Below, piece after piece: positions 1 through 9,246 of a DNA stretch of 64,000 bases. The stretch is taken from NCBI GenBank assembly GCA_963980225.1, contig CAXBYW010000002.1, positions 39,502 to 103,501 on the forward strand, given 5' to 3'. Under the pieces are notes generated by a model. The model did no database searches and had not been told where the DNA came from. It saw nothing but the letters and a program-made list of their open reading frames with translations. Every line of letters begins with the position of its first letter. The stretch's first letter is position 1. Position numbers and translations under genes: made by a program. This DNA comes from an uncultured bacterium (GTDB taxonomy: Bacteria > Patescibacteriota > Microgenomatia > UBA1400 > MFAQ01).

Positions 1-23
1 TGGGTAGTTGTTTTGCTGCAAGT

Positions 24-485
24 GTGTTTTTTGAGGATAGGTACAGAGTATTGATGACCTGTAGAGGATTAAGGTCGGCTTTAGATCCGGTTAAAAACAA
101 GTATGTGGCTTGGGTTAAGAAAGGTGAAAACTTAAGAAGATTGGGTGAAATTGTCAATGGTAAGTTGCGTGCAAGTGTTGATGAAGATTTTGAAAAAATA
201 GAGATAACTGCGGAAGCAGATGGCTATCCTAGTAAGCCAGAGGGAGAGGTTTTGCTTTCTGGAAATATGGAAGGTATCGTATTTAACGGAAAAAAGATTG
301 TAGAAGAAGAGGTGATAGTAGTAGTTGATGAGATTGATGATCGGGGAGCGGTTACTCCTGAGGTCACGGAAGATTCAAGTGATGGGAATATCTTTAAGAT
401 TGTAGGTAAGGCATTGCTGACTGGATTCTTGGTCCTTTTAGGGGTGGTTGGAGTACTGTCTTTTGTGTCTAGAAGAAAGAAGTAA
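24..485 (+). CDS. hypothetical protein with C-terminal hydrophobic anchor and basic tail (possibly 5'-truncated by window edge)
   Basis: ORF; acidic body, C-terminal LLTGFLVLLGVVGVLSFV then SRRKK tail. No LPXTG motif. No recognisable catalytic motif. Confidence 0.3.
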   Translation: MFFEDRYRVLMTCRGLRSALDPVKNKYVAWVKKGENLRRLGEIVNGKLRASVDEDFEKIEITAEADGYPSKPEGEVLLSGNMEGIVFNGKKIVEEEVIVVVDEIDDRGAVTPEVTEDSSDGNIFKIVGKALLTGFLVLLGVVGVLSFVSRRKK

Positions 486-503
486 GAGAGAAGAGAGGTT
501 TTT

Positions 504-1115
504 TCAAGTAACTAAGGAGAAGAGAAGGCTGATTAAAGGTGATATGAGAGAGATGATGGGAGAGCTACCAAACACGGGTAGAATCAAGAAGATTAAGATA
601 AGGGTGCCGTAGCGTTGCATGACTGCTTGAAACTCAAAGCTTAGGTTTCTAGGTAGAATGCCCGAGAGGATTTTTTCACCATCGAGGGGGAAGACAGGAA
701 CTAGGTTGAAGATGGCTAAGACAAGGTTGATGTAGATTAAGGGATAGAGGAGTCCAATTAGAAAAGGTGAAGTAAGTACTTTAGTTAGTATTCCTAGAAT
801 GGTGGCTAGAAGGATGTTGCTGGCTGGACCGGCTAGGGAGATGATAGCGGCGTCTTTTCTGGGGTTTCTTAAGTTGTGGGGGTCAAAGTTAACTGGTTTG
901 CCCCAGCCAAATCCGAAGAGTAATAGCATGATGGTGCCAACTGGGTCCAAGTGAGCTAGTGGGTTTAGGGTGATCCTACCTTGTAGTGAAGGAGTGGGGT
1001 CTCCTAACTTGTCGGCCGTGAATGCGTGAGCGAATTCATGGATGGTTATGGCTATCAAAAGGCCGATTATAGAGACAAAAAAAGCGATGGGGGAGCTAAA
1101 AAATGTTTTGATCAT
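504..1115 (-). CDS. site-2 protease family (peptidase M50) membrane metalloprotease
   Basis: HEFAHAF (HExxH) in a TM helix, NLVPVFPLDG (LDG motif), multi-pass membrane profile. Confidence 0.7.
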   Translation of the reverse strand: MIKTFFSSPIAFFVSIIGLLIAITIHEFAHAFTADKLGDPTPSLQGRITLNPLAHLDPVGTIMLLLFGFGWGKPVNFDPHNLRNPRKDAAIISLAGPASNILLATILGILTKVLTSPFLIGLLYPLIYINLVLAIFNLVPVFPLDGEKILSGILPRNLSFEFQAVMQRYGTLILIFLILPVFGSSPIISLISPLISLLFSLVT

Positions 1116-1448
1116 ATTTGCTCTCTAAGTATATCAGTTGAGTAAGTTCTAAAACGAACCAGAACACCTGATATATTCAGGTCATGAAAAAATATACACA
1201 GATTACTACCCACCTATTGACTTATAAATTGGTGGCGTATGGGTAACCACTGTTAAAAGAGGGTATTTTTAGATTCAAAGGACTTAAGAAGTTGAGATTT
1301 GAGTTACAATCTATTACTAATTACACCAAGTGTTCTGGTTGAGACTAGAATTCGCAAGCGTGTTATACTATGAGAGTAAATGAAACAACACGGGACAGTT
1401 AGTTTCGATGGAGGAATTTTTCCCTCTGCAAAAAGAGGTGGGAGATTA

Positions 1449-1474
1449 GGCCGCGTAAAAGGCGGTCTTTTTTT
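1449..1474 (+). terminator. rho-independent terminator-like hairpin plus T7 run
   Basis: aggccgcg-taaaa-ggcggtc stem followed by ttttttt. Confidence 0.4.
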
Positions 1475-1552
1475 GTGTTGGTATAGACTATCCTCTTCCT
1501 ATTATGTCTTATAGCTTGACAAATGGTATTTAGTAATTTAATATAGGTTTAT

Positions 1553-3292
1553 ATGAGTGAAATAGAAAAAAATAGAAGAGAGTTCGAGAATAGAAATAAA
1601 GAGTTTAGCAGACAAGATTTTTTGAATCTGTTGAAGGTTGTTGGTGCGGCTACAGTATTGACAGCTTGTGGTTTAGAGATAGATGGGAATACTCCTCAGG
1701 TTGAGCTTGATGAGTCTTTAAATGAACCGGTAGCTACAGAAGTAGCGCCTAGGGCGTCTTTTTCAGCTGAAATCAAGGAGAATGAAGATTTTGATGTTGC
1801 CCAATTTAGAACTGAGACAGGGGTTGAGTTAACAGATGAACAGATTGTTTCATTTGTGGTTGAAGTTGAGGGGGTAGATTTTGATTTTGTTGCCTTACCG
1901 GTAGTATTAGATGCAGAAGGGAAGATTGCAAGTGAAGAGAAGTTGTTTTTTCAGATGGGATCCTCTTGGGAAAGTTTGTTTAAAGGAGAGGTTGAGTCGG
2001 GAGATTTAGTTGTATGGCAAACACTACCAGATATTAGTGGTGAAGGAGGAGAGCCTGTGTTTTGGTATCCAGCTACAGAAGAAGGTTGGCAGTTACCAGA
2101 ATCAGGTATGGCTGCTTTTTCACCACCAACTAAGATGGAAGAAATGATACCGAACTACACAAGAAATCTTGATGGAGGAATCTATATTGATAGAGAAGCT
2201 TTTCCGGAGGGTATGAGGAGAGCATTGTTTTCTTTAACTCCGGTGGAGTGGGAAGGAATAGCACGCTTGGAAGAGCTTAGGTTGAGATTGGGAAATGTAG
2301 TCAGTGTAAAGATAATTGATGATAAGAATATGTTGATGTACAAGAGTGAGGTTGTGGGTGAGTTAATCGGAGAGAATGAGATAGGTATAGAGAGGGATGG
2401 TGAAATAATAAGCGTGTTTGATAACAGTTTGGAGCTTGGAGAAGATAACAGCCTGTTGTCTATTAATAAGGAAAGAACCGAGGAGATGGGTAAGGATTGG
2501 GTAGAGTGGGTATGGACAAAAGATGGAGAGAGATTGGAGGTACCTGAGCCAGTAGTAGGACTACCTGAGACCTTAGAAGAGGCTCGAGTGATTAATGAAA
2601 ATATCCTTGATTTTTATATGCCCAAGCTTACGGCTGCGGAGAAGGCGTATCTAGATGAGGTTGGGTGGGGAAGTAATAATATCTTTTTATCTAAGCCTGA
2701 TTATTATATTCCCGGTATTCCTTTTTATACCAGGGATATCCGTATAAGTACCAATGAGGACTCGGTACTTGAAGGTCAAGAAGATTTGCTGATTGTGGGA
2801 TTAACGAAGGTGCTCTTAAGTGAAGGGACGGAGCTATTGATGTACAGCGTTCCTGGTAAGGCAAGAGAAAGTAGCTTTGCTCAGTATGGTGGGGAAAATC
2901 TGGTTTTACATTTTGCATATAGTTTTGATGCATTTATAGAAAATTCAAGAAAAATGCATTCTGGAGTGATAAATGAAGGTTATTACAATGATCATTATGA
3001 ACCTGCATCTGTTTTAGCTCAGATGAATGATGGTTTGAAGTTTTCTACTATTAGGACGTTTTTTTCTACTAACCAAGAAGGTGTTAGAGGAGCAAGTCCG
3101 GAAGATAGGGATTCTTCTCAGTGGAACTACATTACCAGGTTCCTTGATGAGATGAATGAGGAGATAAATTTTAGTTACATATATGATAAGGAGATATATT
3201 ATCCACAAGGAGATATAGACGTTACAAGAGAGCAGATAGAAGGAATGCAGGAGATGATGTGGCCTGTAGTTTTTGTGAAGGCGGGTAAGTAG
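1553..3292 (+). CDS. acidic secreted lipoprotein, hypothetical
   Basis: N-terminal signal with lipobox LTAC (VLTACGL). Upstream TTGACA-N17-TAATAT promoter-like sequence. Highly acidic (D/E-rich) body. No enzyme motif recognised. Confidence 0.5.
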   Translation: MSEIEKNRREFENRNKEFSRQDFLNLLKVVGAATVLTACGLEIDGNTPQVELDESLNEPVATEVAPRASFSAEIKENEDFDVAQFRTETGVELTDEQIVSFVVEVEGVDFDFVALPVVLDAEGKIASEEKLFFQMGSSWESLFKGEVESGDLVVWQTLPDISGEGGEPVFWYPATEEGWQLPESGMAAFSPPTKMEEMIPNYTRNLDGGIYIDREAFPEGMRRALFSLTPVEWEGIARLEELRLRLGNVVSVKIIDDKNMLMYKSEVVGELIGENEIGIERDGEIISVFDNSLELGEDNSLLSINKERTEEMGKDWVEWVWTKDGERLEVPEPVVGLPETLEEARVINENILDFYMPKLTAAEKAYLDEVGWGSNNIFLSKPDYYIPGIPFYTRDIRISTNEDSVLEGQEDLLIVGLTKVLLSEGTELLMYSVPGKARESSFAQYGGENLVLHFAYSFDAFIENSRKMHSGVINEGYYNDHYEPASVLAQMNDGLKFSTIRTFFSTNQEGVRGASPEDRDSSQWNYITRFLDEMNEEINFSYIYDKEIYYPQGDIDVTREQIEGMQEMMWPVVFVKAGK

Positions 3293-3347
3293 GGGGAAGC
3301 ATATTTTTGGTGTTGCTGTATGGTGGGGATTTGTATAACATGGTGTT

Positions 3348-3824
3348 ATGACTGGTATGAAGAAGTATTGGTGGATTTTACTTGTGATTTTGGTGGTGTC
3401 TTTCTTGGTGGTTGGCTGGTCTTATTATATGAAGAAGAATAAATGGAAAACAGATGAGGGGTTGGTAAGGAGGATTCAGAACTTAACACCAGGGGAGATG
3501 TGGGTAAGGGTGCGTGAGTGGAATGACAAAGACCTGATACTTTCTTTCTGGGATGAGGTTAGTGGTGATACGGGTGAAATGAGAATAGACTTTCAAAAAA
3601 CTGTGGTTGTGGTGGGGGTGGTAGATAATGAGCGTGGTGAAATCCGCCAGGAACTATTGGTGAGTATGGCATCTCCATATTGGGAAAAAGCTTTTTGTCC
3701 AGAAGATTTTGTGACTTTTGAACTTAAGGGTTCTACTTATGTTTCAAAGAAGAGTGTTGCAGAGTTTACTAGTGAAGACGTAGAGAAAATTACAAACTTT
3801 GGCCCATCTAGATGCAGAAATTAA
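3348..3824 (+). CDS. hypothetical membrane-anchored protein
   Basis: Single N-terminal TM helix (WWILLVILVVSFLVVGW). Overlaps start of the downstream cysteine-rich gene by 13 nt, suggesting co-transcription. Confidence 0.4.
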   Translation: MTGMKKYWWILLVILVVSFLVVGWSYYMKKNKWKTDEGLVRRIQNLTPGEMWVRVREWNDKDLILSFWDEVSGDTGEMRIDFQKTVVVVGVVDNERGEIRQELLVSMASPYWEKAFCPEDFVTFELKGSTYVSKKSVAEFTSEDVEKITNFGPSRCRN

Positions 3825-6103
3825 AATTTATTATTGTCATTTTGGTGGTTGGTGTTCTTGGAAGCCTGATACGTCCCACTCCAGTGGAAGGGGCATTTCC
3901 TTGTGAAGACGTAGGTTATCAGTGTGGTGTGAATTCCCCCAATTGTTGGGATGAGTATTGTTCTTCTAGTTGTGGTGATGGTTGTTCCTTTGATTCTTGT
4001 TCTGGGGGGACGTGTAATTCATATTGTGACTGGAATAATTGCCCCGATGGTTGTAGATATCCGACAACTTCAGGTGGGGTGTGTAATGAGTGTACGGCGT
4101 ATTGTGATTCTAGTTGTGCTTATGGTTGTTCTTCTGAGTCTTGCTCTGGGGGTACATGCAACACACCTTCTTCTTGTGATGATTATTGCTGGAGTGGTTG
4201 TGCTTATGGTTGTTCTTCTGAAGACTGTGATGGTGGAGTGTGTAATTCGTCACCCACACCCACATCCACACCTACACCTACAAATGCTCCTGAGATTTGT
4301 AGTATCGACGAACTTACTTGTATTGATGGATATGAATATATATGTAGTGCGGATAGGACAGACTGGGATTATTTGAGAGCTTGTGCTTACGGTTGTGATA
4401 CTGCTGCCGACGTATGTAGTGTTTCGTCGTATTGTGAGGATGTGAGTTGTGGTGATTGTACTGCGGGTGGTGAGACTGGTTATAGGGTCATGTGTTGGTC
4501 TGATGAGACTCAAGAAGAGTTTCTTTGGGAGTCTTGCATAGCTTTTGATTCTGGCTATACACAGGATCAGTGTGAAACTCGTTTGGCGTCTAATGACCCT
4601 TGTCATGCTGTGAATGATACTTGTGGAGGACTGGCTTCTTGTGTGTTACCTTTGGTTTCACGTATAGATAGTTGTGGTTGGCAGGCGTGTGGTGTTGCTT
4701 GTGAACCACCACCAGTTGATGGAGGTGGTGATCCGGTCTGTGTTGCTAGTTATCCAGTGAAGGCGGTGTTGAGCTTGCCCGTTAGTGGAGGATCTACTGA
4801 TACTTTGAGTGTGAATCTTTCCTGGAGTCCGTCTACCGATTATGGGAATGGTTGTCCACAGAATAACGGTCAGACGGTGTTCTTGGAAGCGGGAGATAGT
4901 AGTCCGGATATTTGGGTGGCTTCTTTGTTTGCTAATGAAGGTTCGTATACAGCAAGTGGATTAGAGGGGAATAAGCAGTATTACTGGAGGGTGATGTCTA
5001 GTAATGGGTCTTTAGACATGTATTCGGATGTATATTCATTTATTACTCCAGGTATAGTTACGGGAACTTTATTTGATGCCTCTGATATTGACAGTTGTGC
5101 TTTAATGGGATCGGCACCAAAAATTTCTGGGTCTCTAGTTAATATTGTGGGAGGGGTAAGTTATGCACCAGTGACGGATGTCTTGGGTGTGTACTCACAG
5201 ATAGTGGGAGCACCAGATAGTTATGTGGTGACGCCGGTGGTGAGTGATCCATACAGTTCTACTCCTAAATTAACTTGCCAGGGAGCATCAGCTGATTTTG
5301 TGGTGGGTGGTCCGGAGACGGTAACCTTAGACTTTGGTTTTTGGAGGATTTATGGTGGTTGGTGGCAGGCCATTGGAGGGGATGTTTATGGTGGTGGGGG
5401 AATAGAGAGTGTTGTTCCGGTCGATGTGCCTGCAAATGAGAGATACTTAATTAAAAATGATGCTAACGGTAATGGAGGACTAGCGCAGTATGGTACTGGA
5501 GGAGTAATTGAGTTGGGTGATGGTGACGGAGTATACGTAAGTGAGAGTGGTTGGGAGGCAGAGAGTGGTTATGGTGGTCAGGATGTTAACTACGAGTACT
5601 ACACGGCCAAGATGAAGGTGTTGGAGAAGACGGTCTGGAGTGGTGTTGGTAAGCCAGTCTACAGTCCTGGTGTTGATGGATATGAGATTTATACATACAC
5701 AGGTGATGCAACGGTTAACTTTGATGTAAGTGGTGGGGAGAGAATGGTGTTTATGATTGACGGAAACGTAACGGTAAGTAGTGATGTGACGGTGGCTTTG
5801 GGGAGTCATTTAACGGTTATCTCTTCTGGAAATATTACCTTTGACAGTAACGTGGGAGAAGTACATGGATGGTGGGTAGCAGACAGGATAGTGATTGAGT
5901 CGACTGGGGACACGGCCACGGAGTTGCAGTTTAAAGGGGAAGGTAGTTTTGTTGGGTGGGATGCTGTCGAGCTTAATAGAGACAGAGGGGTGACTAACAA
6001 TACGGAGCCAGCCGAGGAGTTTACTTACAGGTCTGATTTGATGGTGAATGCTCCAAGAGCACTAAAGTTTTCTAGATACAAGTGGTTGGAGCAAGCGCCG
6101 TAG
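3812..6103 (+). CDS. large cysteine-rich repeat surface protein with PT linker, FN3-like and parallel beta-helix-like C-terminal region
   Basis: Signal/TM at N-terminus. About 300 aa with very high Cys content in repeated CxxxCxYGCSSExCxGGxCN units. PTPTSTPTPT linker. W...YYWRV FN3-like segment. C-terminal GNVTVSSDVTVALGSHLTVISSGNITFDSNVG beta-helix-like repeats. Confidence 0.6.
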   Translation: MQKLKFIIVILVVGVLGSLIRPTPVEGAFPCEDVGYQCGVNSPNCWDEYCSSSCGDGCSFDSCSGGTCNSYCDWNNCPDGCRYPTTSGGVCNECTAYCDSSCAYGCSSESCSGGTCNTPSSCDDYCWSGCAYGCSSEDCDGGVCNSSPTPTSTPTPTNAPEICSIDELTCIDGYEYICSADRTDWDYLRACAYGCDTAADVCSVSSYCEDVSCGDCTAGGETGYRVMCWSDETQEEFLWESCIAFDSGYTQDQCETRLASNDPCHAVNDTCGGLASCVLPLVSRIDSCGWQACGVACEPPPVDGGGDPVCVASYPVKAVLSLPVSGGSTDTLSVNLSWSPSTDYGNGCPQNNGQTVFLEAGDSSPDIWVASLFANEGSYTASGLEGNKQYYWRVMSSNGSLDMYSDVYSFITPGIVTGTLFDASDIDSCALMGSAPKISGSLVNIVGGVSYAPVTDVLGVYSQIVGAPDSYVVTPVVSDPYSSTPKLTCQGASADFVVGGPETVTLDFGFWRIYGGWWQAIGGDVYGGGGIESVVPVDVPANERYLIKNDANGNGGLAQYGTGGVIELGDGDGVYVSESGWEAESGYGGQDVNYEYYTAKMKVLEKTVWSGVGKPVYSPGVDGYEIYTYTGDATVNFDVSGGERMVFMIDGNVTVSSDVTVALGSHLTVISSGNITFDSNVGEVHGWWVADRIVIESTGDTATELQFKGEGSFVGWDAVELNRDRGVTNNTEPAEEFTYRSDLMVNAPRALKFSRYKWLEQAP

Positions 6104-6190
6104 GAGAGGGTTTGTGGTTGGTTCTGAGACTGATTCCGGTACCAAAAGGTGTTAAGATTGTTTTCATAGTAAGGAAGGTTTAAAAAAAGA

Positions 6191-7486
6191 ATGAGAGATA
6201 AAATATTTGATCTAATTGATAGAGAAGGAAAAAGACAGAAGAATGAGTTGAATCTTATTCCTTCAGAAAATCGTGTTAGTAAAGAGGTGTCCTTGGCCTT
6301 GGGAAGTTGTTTGGTGAATAAGTACGCAGAAGGAGTGGTGGGCAAGAGATTCTATCAAGGCAACCGAGAGATTGACAAGATCGAAAAGACAGCTGTAGAT
6401 AGAGCCAAGAAACTGTTTGGTGTGCCCCATGCTAATGTCCAGCCGTACTCTGGGTCCCCGGCTAACAGTGCGGTTCAGTTTGGCTTGCTTGATAAGGGAG
6501 ACACGGTAATGGGTCTGTCTTTGTCTTCTGGTGGACACTTGACTCATGGTCATCCGGACATCACCTTTTCTGGCAGGTGGTTTAATTCCGTCCAGTACGG
6601 AGTGGGTAAGGATGGCCGATTGGACTACAAGGAGATAATGGTAATGGCTAAGAAAGCATCTCCCAAACTTATTATCGCTGGAACCACAGCTTACTCAAGA
6701 ATAATTGACTGGGAAAAGTTTAGAGAGATTGCTGATGAAGTAGGAGCTTATCTGATGGCGGACATCTCTCATATTGCCGGACTGGTGGTGGCGGGAGAGC
6801 ACCCTTCACCTTCAAGGTGGGTTGATGTTATAACCACAACGACACACAAAACCTTACGAGGACCAAGAGGAGCGATGATAATGGTGACTGATAGAGGCCT
6901 CAAGAAGGACCCTGATATGGCTAGAAGAATCGACAGAGCTGTCTTCCCTGGTCTTCAGGGTGGACCACATATACACACGATTGCTGGAATTGCAGTAGCC
7001 TTAAAGGAAGCAGAGAGTGATAGTTTCAAGGAGTATGCACATCAGGTAGTAAAAAATGCTTCGGTGTTAGCCCAAGAGTTGACTAAGTTAGGTTTTGATT
7101 TGGTATCTGGAGGGACTGACAATCATCTGATGTTGGTGGATTTAAGAAACAAAGAAGTGTCTGGTTGGGTGGCAGCTTGGGCACTGGAAGTTGCAGGAAT
7201 AGTGGTGAATTACAATTCTGTTCCACACGATACGTCCTCACCTTTGTATCCGGCTGGAATTAGACTGGGGACGCCGTTTTTAACTACTAGGGGGATGAAA
7301 GAGACAGAGATGGTAAGAATCGCTGAGTGGATAAAGTTGGTGGTTGATCATATTAAGGGTGAGAAACTACCTACGGACAAGGTCAAACGAAGAGAGTTAG
7401 TTAAGAGCTTTAAAAAGAGAGTGTTTGATGATAAGTATTTGGTGGAGTTACGTAAAGAGGTGGTGGCTTTTTCGAGAAAGTACTGA
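6191..7486 (+). CDS. glyA: serine hydroxymethyltransferase
   Basis: GGHLTHGHP, TTTTHKTLRGPRGAMI PLP-lysine region. Length 431 aa. Confidence 0.95.
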   Translation: MRDKIFDLIDREGKRQKNELNLIPSENRVSKEVSLALGSCLVNKYAEGVVGKRFYQGNREIDKIEKTAVDRAKKLFGVPHANVQPYSGSPANSAVQFGLLDKGDTVMGLSLSSGGHLTHGHPDITFSGRWFNSVQYGVGKDGRLDYKEIMVMAKKASPKLIIAGTTAYSRIIDWEKFREIADEVGAYLMADISHIAGLVVAGEHPSPSRWVDVITTTTHKTLRGPRGAMIMVTDRGLKKDPDMARRIDRAVFPGLQGGPHIHTIAGIAVALKEAESDSFKEYAHQVVKNASVLAQELTKLGFDLVSGGTDNHLMLVDLRNKEVSGWVAAWALEVAGIVVNYNSVPHDTSSPLYPAGIRLGTPFLTTRGMKETEMVRIAEWIKLVVDHIKGEKLPTDKVKRRELVKSFKKRVFDDKYLVELRKEVVAFSRKY

Positions 7487-7517
7487 AAGTGAGGGTGTTT
7501 TGTAGTGTGGGGAGTGG

Positions 7518-7736
7518 TTGTGTGGTAGAATACTAAAAGTTATGAGAAGAAGAAAATTTGGTTGTGCAACATGCGGTAAAGGAGTTCAGTACGCTCAGAA
7601 TGTGAGTCACGCCAAGAATAGATCCAAGAAAATCAGACGACCTAACTTACACACACATAAGATATTGGTGAATGGGATTAAGACAAAACTAAAACTTTGT
7701 ACTAAGTGTAAGAGAGCTGCCAGGAAAGAAAAATGA
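7518..7736 (+). CDS. rpmB: 50S ribosomal protein L28 (true start probably the internal Met at 7542)
   Basis: CGKGVQYAQNVSHAKNRSKKIRRPNLHTHK matches the L28 GNxVSHAxNxTKRxxxPNL pattern. Small basic protein. Confidence 0.7.
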   Translation: MCGRILKVMRRRKFGCATCGKGVQYAQNVSHAKNRSKKIRRPNLHTHKILVNGIKTKLKLCTKCKRAARKEK

Positions 7737-8389
7737 GTCGCCCGGAAGGGATTGAGTTGTGGAATGATGCGGTTTCAATAAAAGAGAATTGGGGAGGGAC
7801 GAGAGATCCATTTGAACGGGTAAGGCAGCTGTGGACTGGAGACGAAAGGTTGAGTTGGGGTTCAGGAATAAATAGAGCCAATGCAATCTTGATTAGTAAT
7901 GAGAAGAAGGGCATAGAAGCAAAGTTGAATTTGGATGATTGGGAGGGAATACATCTTAAGTATGATAAAAAAGGGGAGTTGGCAAGTATTGACATACGCT
8001 CTATGGCATTTTTGTATTTGACCGGAAACAAAAGGATGATACAGGTGGCAGATGGTTTAGATGAACTACACCGAGACACCTTAATATCGATCGATCTTGT
8101 AAGTAAAAAACTGTTTGTTGGTATAGAAGATGAAGGAGAGGACGTATTTACTGATATAGATGAAGAAATAGCGGAAGGAAGGGGTATGTTTTGGGTATTG
8201 GTTTTACCTGATGATCTTAGTCTTGGTATCAGTTTGAAAATCGAAAAAAAAGAGGTGGTGATGATGTTTGAGAACGTAATGGTGGACATAAACCGTCATG
8301 TGGATTTAAGAACAGTTAGAAGTATTAGAGATATAGGAACGGCCAATGATCTTTTGCTTAATAATCTGTTGAAGGTTTGGGAAGTTTGA
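7733..8389 (+). CDS. hypothetical protein
   Basis: ORF with ATGA overlap to rpmB. No motif recognised. Confidence 0.4.
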   Translation: MSRPEGIELWNDAVSIKENWGGTRDPFERVRQLWTGDERLSWGSGINRANAILISNEKKGIEAKLNLDDWEGIHLKYDKKGELASIDIRSMAFLYLTGNKRMIQVADGLDELHRDTLISIDLVSKKLFVGIEDEGEDVFTDIDEEIAEGRGMFWVLVLPDDLSLGISLKIEKKEVVMMFENVMVDINRHVDLRTVRSIRDIGTANDLLLNNLLKVWEV

Positions 8390-8397
8390 TGGTTCGT

Positions 8398-9246
8398 TTA
8401 TAACCTAAGTTGGAACTGTTGCCAGGAGATAGGGTTCTTGCCCGGGATTTGGACGGTTATGATTTCTAGTTTGCCATTGGTTACTTTTGTCTGGAGAAGC
8501 TTTATTTCCTGACCGTTTATCTTTGTCCATGCGCCAGGCTCTGGGTTTAAGGAGCGGATAAGGGCATGAAGTTTTTTTGGGTTACTGGTTTCTAGGGTGG
8601 GGATGAAGGCTGATTGTCTGGTGCGGGTTTTTAGACTGGGGGTATTAATGGCTTTTTTGTGATCCTGATTGGTTTTAGATTTAATGTCTTGTAGAGAGTT
8701 GATGTTGGAGATAAGCAGGATGGCTTTTTGAGTGAGTTTTTTGGTTAGAGTAGCTACGTCGTCGTCATCACTGATAGTTAGTTTTTTTTGAAGGATGATG
8801 GGTCCGTGGTCTAGTTTGGCATCCATTTCCATTAAGGTGACTCCAGTTTCTTGATCTTGGTTTCTTATGCTTTCTGAAACACAGAGAGCGCCGCGGTATT
8901 TAGGGAGTAGAGAAAAGTGGATGTTTAGAGTGGTAGTTTTGGGGGCGTCTAACCAAGATTGGGGGATGATCTGGCCGTAAGCGGCTACTAGAAAGATGTC
9001 TGCTTGTAGTAGTTTGATGTGCTGCAGATTAGATTGATCTAGTTTGGTGGGTTTGAAAATGGGGATGTTGTTTTTTGTCGCCACTTGAGCTACGGGAGAA
9101 GTAGTAAGGGTTCTTTTTCTGCCGACGGGTTTGTCCGGCTGGGTGACGATACCGACAACGTCTATGTTTTTATCTTTGATTAGAGAAGAAAGGATGGTGG
9201 CGGAAAAGTCTGGAGTGCCGAAATAAACAAGCTTGATGGGTTTCAT
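8398..9246 (-). CDS. fmt: methionyl-tRNA formyltransferase
   Basis: N-terminal VYFGTPDFS, NIHFSLLPKYRGA formyltransferase motif. Directly downstream of def. Confidence 0.9.
   Translation of the reverse strand: MKPIKLVYFGTPDFSATILSSLIKDKNIDVVGIVTQPDKPVGRKRTLTTSPVAQVATKNNIPIFKPTKLDQSNLQHIKLLQADIFLVAAYGQIIPQSWLDAPKTTTLNIHFSLLPKYRGALCVSESIRNQDQETGVTLMEMDAKLDHGPIILQKKLTISDDDDVATLTKKLTQKAILLISNINSLQDIKSKTNQDHKKAINTPSLKTRTRQSAFIPTLETSNPKKLHALIRSLNPEPGAWTKINGQEIKLLQTKVTNGKLEIITVQIPGKNPISWQQFQLRL

Noticed and set aside
3951-4606. ORFs 3951-4376 (+, 141 aa) and 4250-4606 (-, 118 aa) overlapping the cysteine-rich gene
   Set aside because: Both are low-complexity translations (V/L/M-rich, or T/I/R-rich) of the TGT/GGT-rich repeat DNA in alternative frames. 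The Cys-rich frame has signal peptide, domain structure and continues for 763 aa.
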